Of a stretch of 64,000 nucleotides of DNA, positions 26,798-37,123 are shown one piece after another. Every line of letters starts with the position of its first letter. Position 1 is the first letter of the stretch. The stretch is taken from IMG/VR virus record IMGVR_UViG_3300034120_000663; one strand, given 5' to 3'. The notes beneath the pieces are model-generated. The model had not been told where the DNA came from and ran no database searches. It was given only the letters and a program-made list of their open reading frames with translations. The position numbers and the translations under genes were made by a program. This DNA is from an uncultured virus (IMG/VR IMGVR_UViG_3300034120_000663) (Duplodnaviria > Heunggongvirae > Uroviricota > Caudoviricetes).

Positions 26798-28244
26798 CGA
26801 CCAAGCGCCTGAGCGGGTTACCAGAGCACCTGACGACCGTCCTCTTCAATGGTCCGACATGGACGAAGTCGGGCAAAAAGTCGTCTCTTCAAACATGGCG
26901 AACTGGGGCAAGGCAAAGACCACTGCCAAGAAGGCAAAAGCAACCATGCTTTCCCGTCGCGCCTCAGCATTAGCAGCATCAACAGATGAATCACTTCCTG
27001 AGAAGAAGCAGGAATCTGCTAAAAAAACAGCCAAAGGTATGGACCGGTCACTTGCTGCTTTAGGCGAGGTCAGCCCACATCTAAAGGACGTTCCCGTAAC
27101 GCTAGATACTGCTGCCAATCGACGCGTACAACTAATTCGTGGGTCTGCTCGTCGGGCTTCGCAGCAAAGTGGTCTTGGTCTTGGTGGGGGATCGGCACTA
27201 CGGGCTGCTGGTGTTGGTTGGTACTTCGACCACAGGCAGCAGTTGAATGACATCGCAAGTCAACACGGTATTGACGAAGATTCAATCGTTACTGCCTCCG
27301 CTGTAATGTCTCCCTCCAATAGTCCTGACAGGGAGAAGTCGGCAGTTGGCGCTTTAGCGCATATGCACAGCACAAACCCAACTCTTACATTGAGCGCTCA
27401 CGCTCAGAAGAAACTAGGTGTGAAGCGCTCGTCACTCACGTTCAGTGAGTTGACATCTCAGCAGGCGTCGTTGATCGGTAGTCCATCCTTGCGTGAGCAC
27501 ATTGGTGGAGTAGATAAGAACGTTCTGACCCAGTGGGCCAATGGCGGCACTAACGAGAACATGGCTAAGGCTGTTGATGTTGTTCGTGGGAACATCCACC
27601 ACAAAGACGCCATTAACCCACACAGCGCACCGAAGGTGTGGAGTTACCGGGACAGCATCAGCAAGGCCATTCCAGGCAGCAACGAGCACATGGAGTACAT
27701 GTCTCGTGCTCAAACTGCGCTGTTTGAACTTCCTGGGCAGACTCGTCTAGATCTCTTCGGACTTCAGTCCTCTACTGAAGGAATCCTTAGTCCTACCAAG
27801 TCCACTGCTGAGGACACGTGGGAAGGCGCTGTTACATCAGGTCAACAGTTAGAGAGCGTTGGGCGTCGTACGCACAAGCAGTCCCCCGCTAAGTTCGTGG
27901 CATCTGATAAGGCGTTTACTGACCAACTCAAGAAGACCGCTGTCATCAACAAGAAGAAAGTCAGCGCAATCGCTGACCCACGTATTGGGGCTAACGCCAC
28001 CACACACGCCTTCCATAATGAAGCAGTCATCAGAGCAGCGTCACAGTTGTCTGACACATCGGGAGAGATCATCCCCTCGGTGCTCGCTCAAGAAGTTCCC
28101 TGGACTGAGTCCCGCAGAATCGCTAGTAAGGATATTCCTTACGAAGGGTTCATCTCAGGGATTGACGCGCAGGCAAAGCAGTCCCGCTCCGATCACTTTA
28201 ATACTGGTAAGGGCGGTTCACCCAAACAACTATCACTATTCTGA
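26784..28244 (+). CDS. Hypothetical protein, DUF7178/HhH-glycosylase-like; C-terminal QLSLF
   Basis: GWY...SAVMSP...PKVWSY..SI...TAEDTW pattern. Confidence 0.6.
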   Translation: MAKRNDQAPERVTRAPDDRPLQWSDMDEVGQKVVSSNMANWGKAKTTAKKAKATMLSRRASALAASTDESLPEKKQESAKKTAKGMDRSLAALGEVSPHLKDVPVTLDTAANRRVQLIRGSARRASQQSGLGLGGGSALRAAGVGWYFDHRQQLNDIASQHGIDEDSIVTASAVMSPSNSPDREKSAVGALAHMHSTNPTLTLSAHAQKKLGVKRSSLTFSELTSQQASLIGSPSLREHIGGVDKNVLTQWANGGTNENMAKAVDVVRGNIHHKDAINPHSAPKVWSYRDSISKAIPGSNEHMEYMSRAQTALFELPGQTRLDLFGLQSSTEGILSPTKSTAEDTWEGAVTSGQQLESVGRRTHKQSPAKFVASDKAFTDQLKKTAVINKKKVSAIADPRIGANATTHAFHNEAVIRAASQLSDTSGEIIPSVLAQEVPWTESRRIASKDIPYEGFISGIDAQAKQSRSDHFNTGKGGSPKQLSLF

Positions 28245-28266
28245 TAGTCGTCGTAAGGACTAAACT

Positions 28267-29064
28267 ATGAAGCGCAAACTTACAAAAGACTTCCCGGTAC
28301 TCACACCGGACGAAATCGAAGCCACTGCCGCTGTTGCAGACAAGGGGTTCACTGTTCGCACCACTGGCCCTCAGGCTGGGAAGTTTGCGCGTAATCAACT
28401 CTCTGTCGGATTCGCCCCAGAGGGTGGTCGGGCAGAGGAAGTAAAGGTGCAGCCAGGGTCAGGTGCGTTTGGGCGAATTGCGGCCTTTGCTAGCGCAAAG
28501 ATGGGCATCCTCCGTACGCCAGGGGCAACGATGGGCATCGGCGGCTGGATCGACCCAGAAGCCAGTGAGGGGAATGACGGCACCGTCATGGATACCTCGG
28601 TGCTCTTGCCAAAGAGCAAGTCGGGGATGCAGGCTGCAATGCAACTCGGATCGTTATCTAATCAGGAGAGCATTGGCCACCTTGGGTATTCGGCCAAGAA
28701 GCCATACCGAGGGGATATTCCAGTACCGCCTGACGTGCGCCCAGGGGTGCTTGAAGACCAGGCAGCACGACACGGTAGGCCACGTCGTCGCCCTGTTCCT
28801 GCGTCTCGTCAGGACAGGCGCATTCCTACGTGGAATGACGATCAAGCAGACCCAATGAAGCCAGACGTGCGTACCCGTCCACGCACCGGAGTAACCGGTA
28901 GACAGGGTGTTACGTATGAGATCACCCCATCACGGATGGAGGCCGCTGATCTCGCTGCGTCTCATGCAGCGGAGAACATGGGTCTCCGCAGTACCGACGT
29001 GTACGACACTAAGCCCCTATCGGCTGAAGAGTACGTTGCCAAGGGCAAGAAAACTCGTCGCTGA
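28267..29064 (+). CDS. Hypothetical protein, possible SAM-lyase-like fold
   Basis: GFT...IGGWID...MDTS...AAMQLG...NQESI. Confidence 0.5.
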   Translation: MKRKLTKDFPVLTPDEIEATAAVADKGFTVRTTGPQAGKFARNQLSVGFAPEGGRAEEVKVQPGSGAFGRIAAFASAKMGILRTPGATMGIGGWIDPEASEGNDGTVMDTSVLLPKSKSGMQAAMQLGSLSNQESIGHLGYSAKKPYRGDIPVPPDVRPGVLEDQAARHGRPRRRPVPASRQDRRIPTWNDDQADPMKPDVRTRPRTGVTGRQGVTYEITPSRMEAADLAASHAAENMGLRSTDVYDTKPLSAEEYVAKGKKTRR

Positions 29065-29110
29065 TACGCTATAGTTCCTAACGCGTACGGTTACACAAAG
29101 GAGCACAAAT

Positions 29111-29374
29111 ATGGCACCGCCGAAGTCGAAGAATCCGAAGGAAACAGCCAAGTACTATCGGGACAACCCAGAGGCTCGTAAGAAGAAAGACGAGTACAAC
29201 AAGGACTTCAACAAGAGGGAAGATCAGAAAGAAAAGCGCACTGAACTTCGACGTGAGCGCCGTAAGCGTGGCATGGACGGAGAGGGTGGCGACGATCTAT
29301 CTCACACCAAAACAGGCGGTCTTGTTAAGGAAGACCCATCTATCAACCGTGCCCGTAATCGTGGTAAAAAGTAA
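29111..29374 (+). CDS. Small basic protein
   Basis: AAGGAG RBS; K/R-rich; DLSH...NRARN. Confidence 0.65.
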   Translation: MAPPKSKNPKETAKYYRDNPEARKKKDEYNKDFNKREDQKEKRTELRRERRKRGMDGEGGDDLSHTKTGGLVKEDPSINRARNRGKK

Positions 29375-29395
29375 TGAATGGAGGTGAGCAGGTAA

Positions 29396-31081
29396 ATGCC
29401 TATTGATTTCTGGAGTCCATCTGCTCGTGCTGCCTCCTCCGACTTGGCTGTATCAGTCAGTCCACTCGGCCTCGTTGAACTTGCAGACGAAGAGTTTGAA
29501 GTTCACGGGCCTCGCCTTAATCGCTATGCAGCAGAGTGGGCATGGTATCTAGGCCACCACTGGTCGTATCGCCGTGAGATGGGCGAGCAGAACATCACGC
29601 TGAACTACGTTCGCACGCTCGCTGACTACGTGATCAACTTCGCCTTTGGCAAGGGGATTGAGTTCCATTGCCCAGAGCAGAACAACGCCATCATTCCTCA
29701 TCTGCTCCAGCAGGTATGGGAAGTGCACAACTACAAGCACTCAATCCTTTGGGAGATGGGGCAACTAGGCGTCGTTACTGGTGACTGCTTCGTAAAGGTG
29801 GCGTTTGAGGAGCCGTGGCAAGATCCCCTTGGGATTGTCCACGAGGGGAAGATTCGGATCATTCCGCTCAACCCATCATCTTGCTTCCCTGAGTATCACC
29901 CTCACGACCGTGATCGCATCATTCGCTTCAAGTTGAAGTACAGATTCTGGGGCACATCTCCAGAAGGAACCCGTCAGGTATTCACATTCACCGAGATCAT
30001 CACTGATGAGATGGTGGAGCAGTACATCAATGACGAACTCGTTGATCAGTACGAGAACAACATCGGTGCCATTCCTGTGGTGCACATTCCCAACGGGACT
30101 ATCTCGTCGTCTCCCTGGGGTTCATCTGCGATCTTTGACATCATCTCGCTGAACCGTGAGTTGAACGAGAAGATGACTGACATCTCGGACATCATCAACT
30201 ACCACGCTGCTCCGATCACGATCATTACTGGCGCTAAGAGCGACTCCCTTCAGCGTGGCCCGAAGAAGGTGTGGGGTGGTCTGCCGAAAGATGCCAACGT
30301 CTTCAACCTAGAGTCCCGTGGTGAAATGTCTGGCGCTCTAGAGTACGTGCAGTTCTTAAAGCGTGCCATGCACGAACATGTTGGCGTACCAGAAACCGCT
30401 CTTGGCCAGATGCAGCCGATCAGCAACACATCTGGTGTTGCCCTGGCGATCCAGTATCAGCCGATCATGAATCGGTACAGCATGATCAAGGTGAACTTCT
30501 CAAAGGGTCTAGAGAAGGTAAACGAACTGATCATCCGTACCGCTGCGGTATTCCGCCCTGACTTGCTTCAGTACGATCCAAGCAAGGCTTCTATGCCTGA
30601 GCCTGATCAGGCAACCATGCTTGATCCGACTGACCCAACGACGTATCGAACTACCTGTCATTGGCCAGAGCCTCTTCCTGTCGACGTGCTCATCAAGTTG
30701 AACGAGGTGCAGGCCAAGATGGGTCTTGGTCTTGAGTCGAAACTAGGAGCGCTTCGCATCTTGGGGGAGAAGTTCCCCAATGAAAAGATGGACGAGATCT
30801 TTGAAGAGTTGCAGAAGGATGCTCTAGATCAAGGTGCTCTTGATATGCTAAGGGCACAAATATCGCAGGCTGTAATGCTGGTAACGGGTATGATCCCAGG
30901 GCCAGATGGCGCAGCGCAAGTCGCATCAGCAGGTGGCCCCGATGTCACCGCCGCTGGTCAGGGAGGTAGCCCACTTCCTGGCACCCAAGTTGGGGACGCA
31001 GAGGGCCAAATGATTAACAAACTTGTGCAGAGGGCGTACGGTGCAAGGTTTGCACAACGGCGCGTTCCAGACGAAGAATAA
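29396..31081 (+). CDS. Portal protein
   Basis: 561 aa before scaffold and capsid; NYV..LAD, GVVTGD.FVKV, IPVVHIPN, SNTSGVAL. Confidence 0.88.
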   Translation: MPIDFWSPSARAASSDLAVSVSPLGLVELADEEFEVHGPRLNRYAAEWAWYLGHHWSYRREMGEQNITLNYVRTLADYVINFAFGKGIEFHCPEQNNAIIPHLLQQVWEVHNYKHSILWEMGQLGVVTGDCFVKVAFEEPWQDPLGIVHEGKIRIIPLNPSSCFPEYHPHDRDRIIRFKLKYRFWGTSPEGTRQVFTFTEIITDEMVEQYINDELVDQYENNIGAIPVVHIPNGTISSSPWGSSAIFDIISLNRELNEKMTDISDIINYHAAPITIITGAKSDSLQRGPKKVWGGLPKDANVFNLESRGEMSGALEYVQFLKRAMHEHVGVPETALGQMQPISNTSGVALAIQYQPIMNRYSMIKVNFSKGLEKVNELIIRTAAVFRPDLLQYDPSKASMPEPDQATMLDPTDPTTYRTTCHWPEPLPVDVLIKLNEVQAKMGLGLESKLGALRILGEKFPNEKMDEIFEELQKDALDQGALDMLRAQISQAVMLVTGMIPGPDGAAQVASAGGPDVTAAGQGGSPLPGTQVGDAEGQMINKLVQRAYGARFAQRRVPDEE

Positions 31082-31130
31082 GTCTCCCCATTCCTGTCAT
31101 TATCAGACAAACCAACACTGAGGTACAACC

Positions 31131-31955
31131 GTGACTACAGACAACCCCGCAGTAGAGCAGTTCATCAGCGAAAGCATGGCCGCTCTTAACCCAGATGGTA
31201 CGAGCGTTAGCGTATACACGCCAGCGACCACTCAAACCGCTACCACTCCAACTATGTTCACTACTGAGGACGTTGAGCGCGTCCGTAAGCAGGAAAAGGA
31301 CAAGTTGTACAAGAAGATGGAAGACAGCGAATCACGCCTCAAGGCACTTGCAGACCAAGTGAGCACTCTTGAAAAGGAGCGCGAAGAGGCCCGCAAGCAG
31401 GCTGAGGAGTTGTCCGTGAAGGAACGCCAACTCCAGAAGGAACGTGAGGAAGCGGAACTTTCCGCCAAGGAACTCATCCTGATGAAGGAACAAGAGTTCA
31501 ACAGCCGCATCTCGCAGGTAGAAGACGAGTGGCGTGGGCGACTCTCACAGATTGAGCAAGAGCGTGAAGCACAGGCCGCTCTTCTTGAGAAAGAGCGTGA
31601 GTTCCAGGCACTCAACACATACATGCAACGTCGTCTTGCAGAAGAAGCGGACGCAATTATCCCAGAACTCCGTGATCTAGTTACAGGAAATTCTGTAGAA
31701 GAAGTCGAAGCGAGTATTGACATTCTTCGCGAACGGAGTAATGCTATCGTTGCATCAATTCAGCAGGCGACCCAGTCACAGGCTGGTCGTCCGCGGGGGG
31801 CGCAGGTAACTGCTCCTCCGATTGGGCCAATGGATAACCAAATGGAGCAGCAAACGTACACTCTGGATGACATCCAGAACATGCCGATGAATAAGTATGC
31901 AGAAATGAGGGATCGGCTCTTGAGCGCAGCACGTCCACAACGGCGTGGCTTCTAA
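31131..31955 (+). CDS. Capsid scaffolding protein
   Basis: Long Glu/Lys coiled coil between portal and major capsid gene. Confidence 0.8.
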   Translation: MTTDNPAVEQFISESMAALNPDGTSVSVYTPATTQTATTPTMFTTEDVERVRKQEKDKLYKKMEDSESRLKALADQVSTLEKEREEARKQAEELSVKERQLQKEREEAELSAKELILMKEQEFNSRISQVEDEWRGRLSQIEQEREAQAALLEKEREFQALNTYMQRRLAEEADAIIPELRDLVTGNSVEEVEASIDILRERSNAIVASIQQATQSQAGRPRGAQVTAPPIGPMDNQMEQQTYTLDDIQNMPMNKYAEMRDRLLSAARPQRRGF

Positions 31956-31990
31956 CAATTCCACACAAGTCCCTCGGAGGATAAACACAA

Positions 31991-33067
31991 ATGGCCCTTC
32001 CAGCCCCTTCCGGTGGTGCTCTTACTAGCACCGCTAGCATTTCAGCCACTGGCTACAACTCAAGTAGCGCACTGACTCCTGCTATTCAGACGATCTGGTC
32101 AAAGGAAATCCTTTTCCAGGCCATGCCCGTTCTGCGCTTTGAGCAGTTCGCAGTGAAGAAGACTGAACTGGGTGTCATGCCCGGTCTCACGATCAACTTC
32201 ATGCGCTACAACAACCTTGCTACCAACGCTTCGGCAGGTGCAACCCTGAACGAAGGCGTTCGTATGGAGCCAGTGGCTCTGTCCGCTAGCCAGATCCAGA
32301 TCACCGTCAAGGAACAGGGTCAGGCCGTCGCCGTTACCGAACTGCTGCTCAACGCATCGTTCGATGACGTGATGGCATCAAGCAGCCGTCTGCTCGGTCG
32401 CCACATGGCTCAGAGCATGGACATCCAGGCTCGTAACACCCTGTACCAGAACGCTGTTCCCTTCGGTGGCGGCTCAGCCGTTCCCCCGAACATCGTGTTC
32501 GGCCGTAACGCCCCTGCTAGCCGTGGTGCTCTCAGCCCCTACGACTACACCACTGCTCCTACGGCAGCATCAGCCGCTGGCTACTTCTCGCCAGCAACTG
32601 TCAAGGACGCTGTCGACGTACTGGCCAGCCAGAACATCCCCCGTCTGGGCGACACCTACGTCTGCTTCGTTCACCCCAAGCAGGCACGTGCCCTCCGTGA
32701 CTGGCCCGAGTTCATCGAAGTCACGAAGTACGCCGCTCCCGGCAACTTCATGCTCGGTGAGATCGGTCGCCTGTACGACGTGGTGTTCATTGAGACCACC
32801 CAGGTTCTCCAGGGTGCTCTCGCATCGTCAGGCATCAACAACAGCCTGACGACGCTGACCAACGCCAACACCTACAACGCTGTGATGATCGGTGACAACA
32901 CCTTCGGTCACGCTATTGCCCTCCCAGTGGAACTGCGTGACGGCGGTGTCATCGACTTCGGTCGTGAGCACGGCCTCGCCTGGTACGCCATCTGGGGCTT
33001 CGGTATGATCACCCACGAGAGCCGTGTTCTCATCAACACGCTCGGCGGTTCGATCTACGGCGGCTGA
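31991..33067 (+). CDS. Major capsid protein (N4-gp56-like family)
   Basis: IWSKEILFQA, FVHP.Q, GEIGRLYDVVFIET, DFGREHGLAWY; strongly biased codons. Confidence 0.92.
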   Translation: MALPAPSGGALTSTASISATGYNSSSALTPAIQTIWSKEILFQAMPVLRFEQFAVKKTELGVMPGLTINFMRYNNLATNASAGATLNEGVRMEPVALSASQIQITVKEQGQAVAVTELLLNASFDDVMASSSRLLGRHMAQSMDIQARNTLYQNAVPFGGGSAVPPNIVFGRNAPASRGALSPYDYTTAPTAASAAGYFSPATVKDAVDVLASQNIPRLGDTYVCFVHPKQARALRDWPEFIEVTKYAAPGNFMLGEIGRLYDVVFIETTQVLQGALASSGINNSLTTLTNANTYNAVMIGDNTFGHAIALPVELRDGGVIDFGREHGLAWYAIWGFGMITHESRVLINTLGGSIYGG

Positions 33068-33089
33068 TAGCACAGCGTCAGTGCCTATT

Positions 33090-33125
33090 GAAGGGGCGTG
33101 GGTATTTCGCCCACGCCCCTTCTCA
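33090..33125 (+). terminator. Hairpin terminator after the capsid gene
   Basis: 13-bp stem GAAGGGGCGTGGG/CCCACGCCCCTTC with a 7-nt loop. Confidence 0.75.
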
Positions 33126-33176
33126 ATGTCAGCACATATTGTGCTACGATGCGATAAAAGCCGATAAGGAGATTCC

Positions 33177-33461
33177 GTGGCCTCACAACACCCTCGTTTT
33201 GCTGGTCAATTAGGTCCAGACGCCAACCAGCCAGCCGGTGCAGCCCTTGCCGTTACCCCATCGGACTCAACTGATCTTGCATTCACCGCAAATGCCCTGT
33301 ACGTCGGGAGTACTGGTACCGTTAGGGTTAGATTGCGAGACGATGCAGCGGGGGCGTCGGTAACCTTCACAGCAGTACCCGCTGGGGCTATCCTCCCGAT
33401 CCATGCTGAGAGGGTATTTGCAACTGGTACCAGCGCATCTAACATCGTTGCGTTGTTCTAG
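33177..33461 (+). CDS. Head-spike base protein (RcGTA Rcc01079-like)
   Basis: AVTPSDSTDL...ALYVG..G.V.V...VTF..VPAG.ILPI...RV.ATGT.A..IVAL. Confidence 0.7.
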   Translation: MASQHPRFAGQLGPDANQPAGAALAVTPSDSTDLAFTANALYVGSTGTVRVRLRDDAAGASVTFTAVPAGAILPIHAERVFATGTSASNIVALF

Positions 33462-33499
33462 TGCTTCTAGGCCAAAGCGTCTAGATCATCAGCCATGAG

Positions 33500-33527
33500 T
33501 TGACCGTGGTCGATTCACAACTACTAT
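33500..33527 (+). promoter_or_regulatory. Putative housekeeping-sigma promoter
   Basis: TTGACC-N16-TACTAT. Confidence 0.45.
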
Positions 33528-33587
33528 CCATCTCACAAGTGGACTACCTTGTAGTAGTCACAGGGCCAATTAAACAGGAGACATAAA

Positions 33588-33821
33588 ATGGCACGTAACA
33601 ACATCCCCGTTGCTGACGAGTTCGACGATCAGGACGAAGCAGTCCAGGTGGAGTCAGCAGTTGTAGTCGGTACCCCGACCAAGTCTGGTCGCGTAAAGGG
33701 TACGTGGACGATGTACTGGGGTCTTGAGTCATACGACTTTGAGGACGGCAAGCGTTACCAGTTGCCCGTGGAACTCTATGAGTACCTACGAGCAGCAGGA
33801 AACATCTACGACACTCTGTAA
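33588..33821 (+). CDS. Small conserved head-region protein
   Basis: AGGAG RBS; YDFEDGKRYQLP.ELYEYL. Confidence 0.7.
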   Translation: MARNNIPVADEFDDQDEAVQVESAVVVGTPTKSGRVKGTWTMYWGLESYDFEDGKRYQLPVELYEYLRAAGNIYDTL

Positions 33822-33829
33822 GGAACACC

Positions 33830-35332
33830 GTGGCACACATCATCCCGAACGCAACCGACACGGGGTCTGCTCTTCGCTTTGCCAACATCAACCAGGCAGA
33901 GCCTGATGCTCTAGACATTGAAGCGCTCGGCAATCGGTCGAACTTCATCCGTTCGGGTGGTGTTACCACGCAGTCAGGCGGAACCATCAACGTAACGGGG
34001 GGCGTAGCCGTTATCGCTGGTGTACCGTACTCCTTCAGTACGTACAGCGTTGTTAACGCTGCTCCAGACACCGTTCCTTCAAACGTACAGTTCTCCCTGC
34101 TGGTAGCAAGACTTAGCGGTTCTACCGTGTCCATCGTCAAACTAGACGGTGTGTCGTCCTCCACTAATCCGGTGTTCCCTAAGAGTACGAGTACTGCTCT
34201 TTCATCGGACACGACTGCCCAGAAGAACAACTACTACAACCCTGACACAGACGCTCTTATCTGTGCGATCTTCCGTGCCGCCGCAGGTTCTACCGTTGAC
34301 GGGCACTTGATTGACAAGCGCACCATGTACACGGGCAACATCACCTGGACTCAGGCTGCTGTACCATCAGCAGGACAAGGGATTAACGGCGACGTTGTAG
34401 TCCTAGCATCTCCTACCTCTACCACTAACGCTGTGTACGTTAGGGCAGCGGGTAACTGGTTGCAGGTAGCCAGTCAGTCTGTAGTTGACGACATTGTTCC
34501 GGTGGGCATGGTTGTTACGTGGCCAGCAAACACTACGCCACCAGCCAGGTTCAAAGAGTGCAATGGCACTGCGCTACCAAATGACCCACTGTACGATGGT
34601 CTTGCTACTGCCTGGGGTGTGTCACAGCCCATCACGCTACCAGACTACTCAAACCAATTCCTTCGTGGCGGTGCTGCAACAGGAGGAAGTGGACTCGTTA
34701 CTGCGTCTGGTGGTGCTGACAGTGTCACCATTCCGCTGCTAGCGCACGTTCATGACCTGAGCAACCACGTGCATACCCTGCCAGCCCACGGTCATGGGAC
34801 GGTGTCGACAGGTGCAGGCGGTGGGCACGGCCATAGTGGTGCTCTGAACAGTACAGCAATCACTACTAATATCTATGGGCATGGTCACGCTGTCCATCCC
34901 GTTGGGTTTAACACTTTTGAGTATAACTCTTATGGGTTTGTGTCCGTTAGAAGGCCGACTCCCCAGTACCCACAACCTGGAGGATTGACGTGGCAGGTAA
35001 CTGGTACGTTCCCCTTCACGTCCACTACAGTTCCCAGTGACTATGCACTGCAACTAATGCAGTTGGGAGGAGGTGGGTCTCCGCTTGACTACGCAGAGCA
35101 AGATAGTTTAGTTGCCCTAAACGATAACCACTCTCACACCGGATCAGTGACTAATGGTGCAGTTACTGTGAACGCTGTCGGTGATCACACCCACACAGTC
35201 ACTGTCAATAACGCATCGTTGACAACAAATGCCCCTAGCACCAACAGCACGTCGTCTACCGGGTCTGTCTCTCCGACGATTGATAACCGTCCTGCGTTCA
35301 AGACTATTAGGTACTTCGTAAGGGCGTACTGA
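33830..35332 (+). CDS. Fibre protein with tail-collar domain
   Basis: PVGMVVTW...ECNG...LPDYSNQFLRG; repeated HxH; NRPAF...YFVR. Confidence 0.8.
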   Translation: MAHIIPNATDTGSALRFANINQAEPDALDIEALGNRSNFIRSGGVTTQSGGTINVTGGVAVIAGVPYSFSTYSVVNAAPDTVPSNVQFSLLVARLSGSTVSIVKLDGVSSSTNPVFPKSTSTALSSDTTAQKNNYYNPDTDALICAIFRAAAGSTVDGHLIDKRTMYTGNITWTQAAVPSAGQGINGDVVVLASPTSTTNAVYVRAAGNWLQVASQSVVDDIVPVGMVVTWPANTTPPARFKECNGTALPNDPLYDGLATAWGVSQPITLPDYSNQFLRGGAATGGSGLVTASGGADSVTIPLLAHVHDLSNHVHTLPAHGHGTVSTGAGGGHGHSGALNSTAITTNIYGHGHAVHPVGFNTFEYNSYGFVSVRRPTPQYPQPGGLTWQVTGTFPFTSTTVPSDYALQLMQLGGGGSPLDYAEQDSLVALNDNHSHTGSVTNGAVTVNAVGDHTHTVTVNNASLTTNAPSTNSTSSTGSVSPTIDNRPAFKTIRYFVRAY

Positions 35333-36141
35333 TGTCTGCTCTTGAAGAAATTGCATCCATTGCACGCAACTACTTGCGTGACTTCCCCAAGTTCTTTCAA
35401 ACATCGTTTACCGTGGGAGGTAGGACGTTTGAACTTGGCCATCCCAACATTGATGCACCATCTATGTGGATTGCGTATGTACCGTCAGGTGGTACTGGTG
35501 CCTGCTCTATGAGCACATCTGCTTACTCACTTGACGAGCGGAACGGTCTCCTACGCATTAGTTCTCCCCCACCACAGGGGAGTACCTTGCTTGTAGAGGG
35601 CTACTACTACGACTGGATTCTTCCATCAGACCTGGACTTCTACGCGCAGATTGCGCTGAACATGCACACGCACAATCTGGACACTCCGCCCTCGTCCATG
35701 TCTACAGCAGTGATCGATGTAATTGGAATCTCTGCGCTCGTCGAAGCGCTTTGGGCACTGACGACTGAGTTCAGCAGAGACATCGATGTGATGACTTCCG
35801 AGTCGATCCACATTCCTGCCTCGCAGCGATTCAGAATGGTGCAGAGCATGCTCCAGTTCTGGATGGGCGAGTACGAGAAGAAGGCCAAGGCACTCAATAT
35901 TGGCCTGGAGCGCATCGAAGTGTTCAACCTTCGTAGGGTTTCACGTACAACAAATCGTCTTGTTCCGGTATTCAAGGACCGTGAGGTTGGCGACTTTGAT
36001 CCGATTGAGCGTGTCTGGCCGAACATCGACAGTGGCAAGATTGACGTAGAAACGCCCCCAGACGATAATCGCTATGATGTGTACGTTGATAGTTACCCAA
36101 GTACTGGGAGCGTAACTCCTATGGATGGGTATCTCTACTAA
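35332..36141 (+). CDS. Head-tail adaptor/neck protein
   Basis: Position after the capsid module; IPASQRF, LRRVSRTTNRLVP. Confidence 0.6.
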   Translation: MSALEEIASIARNYLRDFPKFFQTSFTVGGRTFELGHPNIDAPSMWIAYVPSGGTGACSMSTSAYSLDERNGLLRISSPPPQGSTLLVEGYYYDWILPSDLDFYAQIALNMHTHNLDTPPSSMSTAVIDVIGISALVEALWALTTEFSRDIDVMTSESIHIPASQRFRMVQSMLQFWMGEYEKKAKALNIGLERIEVFNLRRVSRTTNRLVPVFKDREVGDFDPIERVWPNIDSGKIDVETPPDDNRYDVYVDSYPSTGSVTPMDGYLY

Positions 36142-36683
36142 TGGACGTTCGTAGAGAACTGACTCAGATCAGGAAGCACTACCGTCGATATCACCGGGAA
36201 TCTGGCGAACACATCGTGTGGTTTGAGGCACTTCCGTTTGGCGACGATCCGCTAACTGAAAGTGTGTACAACGACGTGTATGACGAAGCGCCAGCCGGTG
36301 TAGGTGGGCGTAGGTATACAAGTGGCACTGTCGTCCCAGTACTGATGATTACTGAGTCTGAAGACTTGAAGCGCGCCATCCCAGAAGGCCGTCAGCCAAT
36401 TCAGTTGGTCAACTTCGTCGCATCAGTATCTGATGTTGCTGACGCAGGTGTATCATCTCCTTGGGAGTATCAGATGCATCTCAACGACATGTTCCTCTAC
36501 GACAGTCGTTACTTCTCTGTGGCTTCCTACCGTGTACGTGGGCGTGCCAAAGATGATGTCATGTTGGTAGTCGAAGGGTTTGAGGTGTACGTCGGCCAAG
36601 AAATGGTGAACGACGAGGCTGCACCGGCAGGTTTTTTGACAAATAACCACCCGTGGCCTGCACAACTTCCAACTATCGGATAG
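36141..36683 (+). CDS. Head closure/neck protein
   Basis: Position, size and TAATG coupling. Confidence 0.55.
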   Translation: MDVRRELTQIRKHYRRYHRESGEHIVWFEALPFGDDPLTESVYNDVYDEAPAGVGGRRYTSGTVVPVLMITESEDLKRAIPEGRQPIQLVNFVASVSDVADAGVSSPWEYQMHLNDMFLYDSRYFSVASYRVRGRAKDDVMLVVEGFEVYVGQEMVNDEAAPAGFLTNNHPWPAQLPTIG

Positions 36684-36745
36684 CATATGAATAACGATGA
36701 ACAAGCGTTCATCGTTCTCAACTGCTCAGGAACCGGAAGGTGTTC

Positions 36746-37123
36746 ATGTCTGTCTCTGGCATGGCTAACAACCCTATCATCTCTGGTGTTCCTTCAGTTA
36801 TTGAGTACTTTGATCTCCTGGCGCAAGAAGGCCCAACCTTCATGCGTGCTGCTCTTGAAAAGACAGTGCGTGAGGAAGAGGACGCCATCAAGGAGCGAAT
36901 GCAGTCCTCTAGATTTTCCGATCTATCTCCTTCTCTTGACATCCGTATCAAGAAGAACAAGATCGTTTATGGCTCGTCAGAGTCAGAGGATGCTGCGAAG
37001 CGGATCAAGGACATGGAGTACGGTGTGCCAGGTGAGCCACCTACCCCACTGCTCCGCAAGAGTGCGCTAGACGGTAATCGCTTCTCTGCTCGTGTCAGTG
37101 AGCATCTGGAGAAGATGTACTGA
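36746..37123 (+). CDS. Neck/tail completion protein
   Basis: MEYG...PTPLLR motif. Confidence 0.55.
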   Translation: MSVSGMANNPIISGVPSVIEYFDLLAQEGPTFMRAALEKTVREEEDAIKERMQSSRFSDLSPSLDIRIKKNKIVYGSSESEDAAKRIKDMEYGVPGEPPTPLLRKSALDGNRFSARVSEHLEKMY

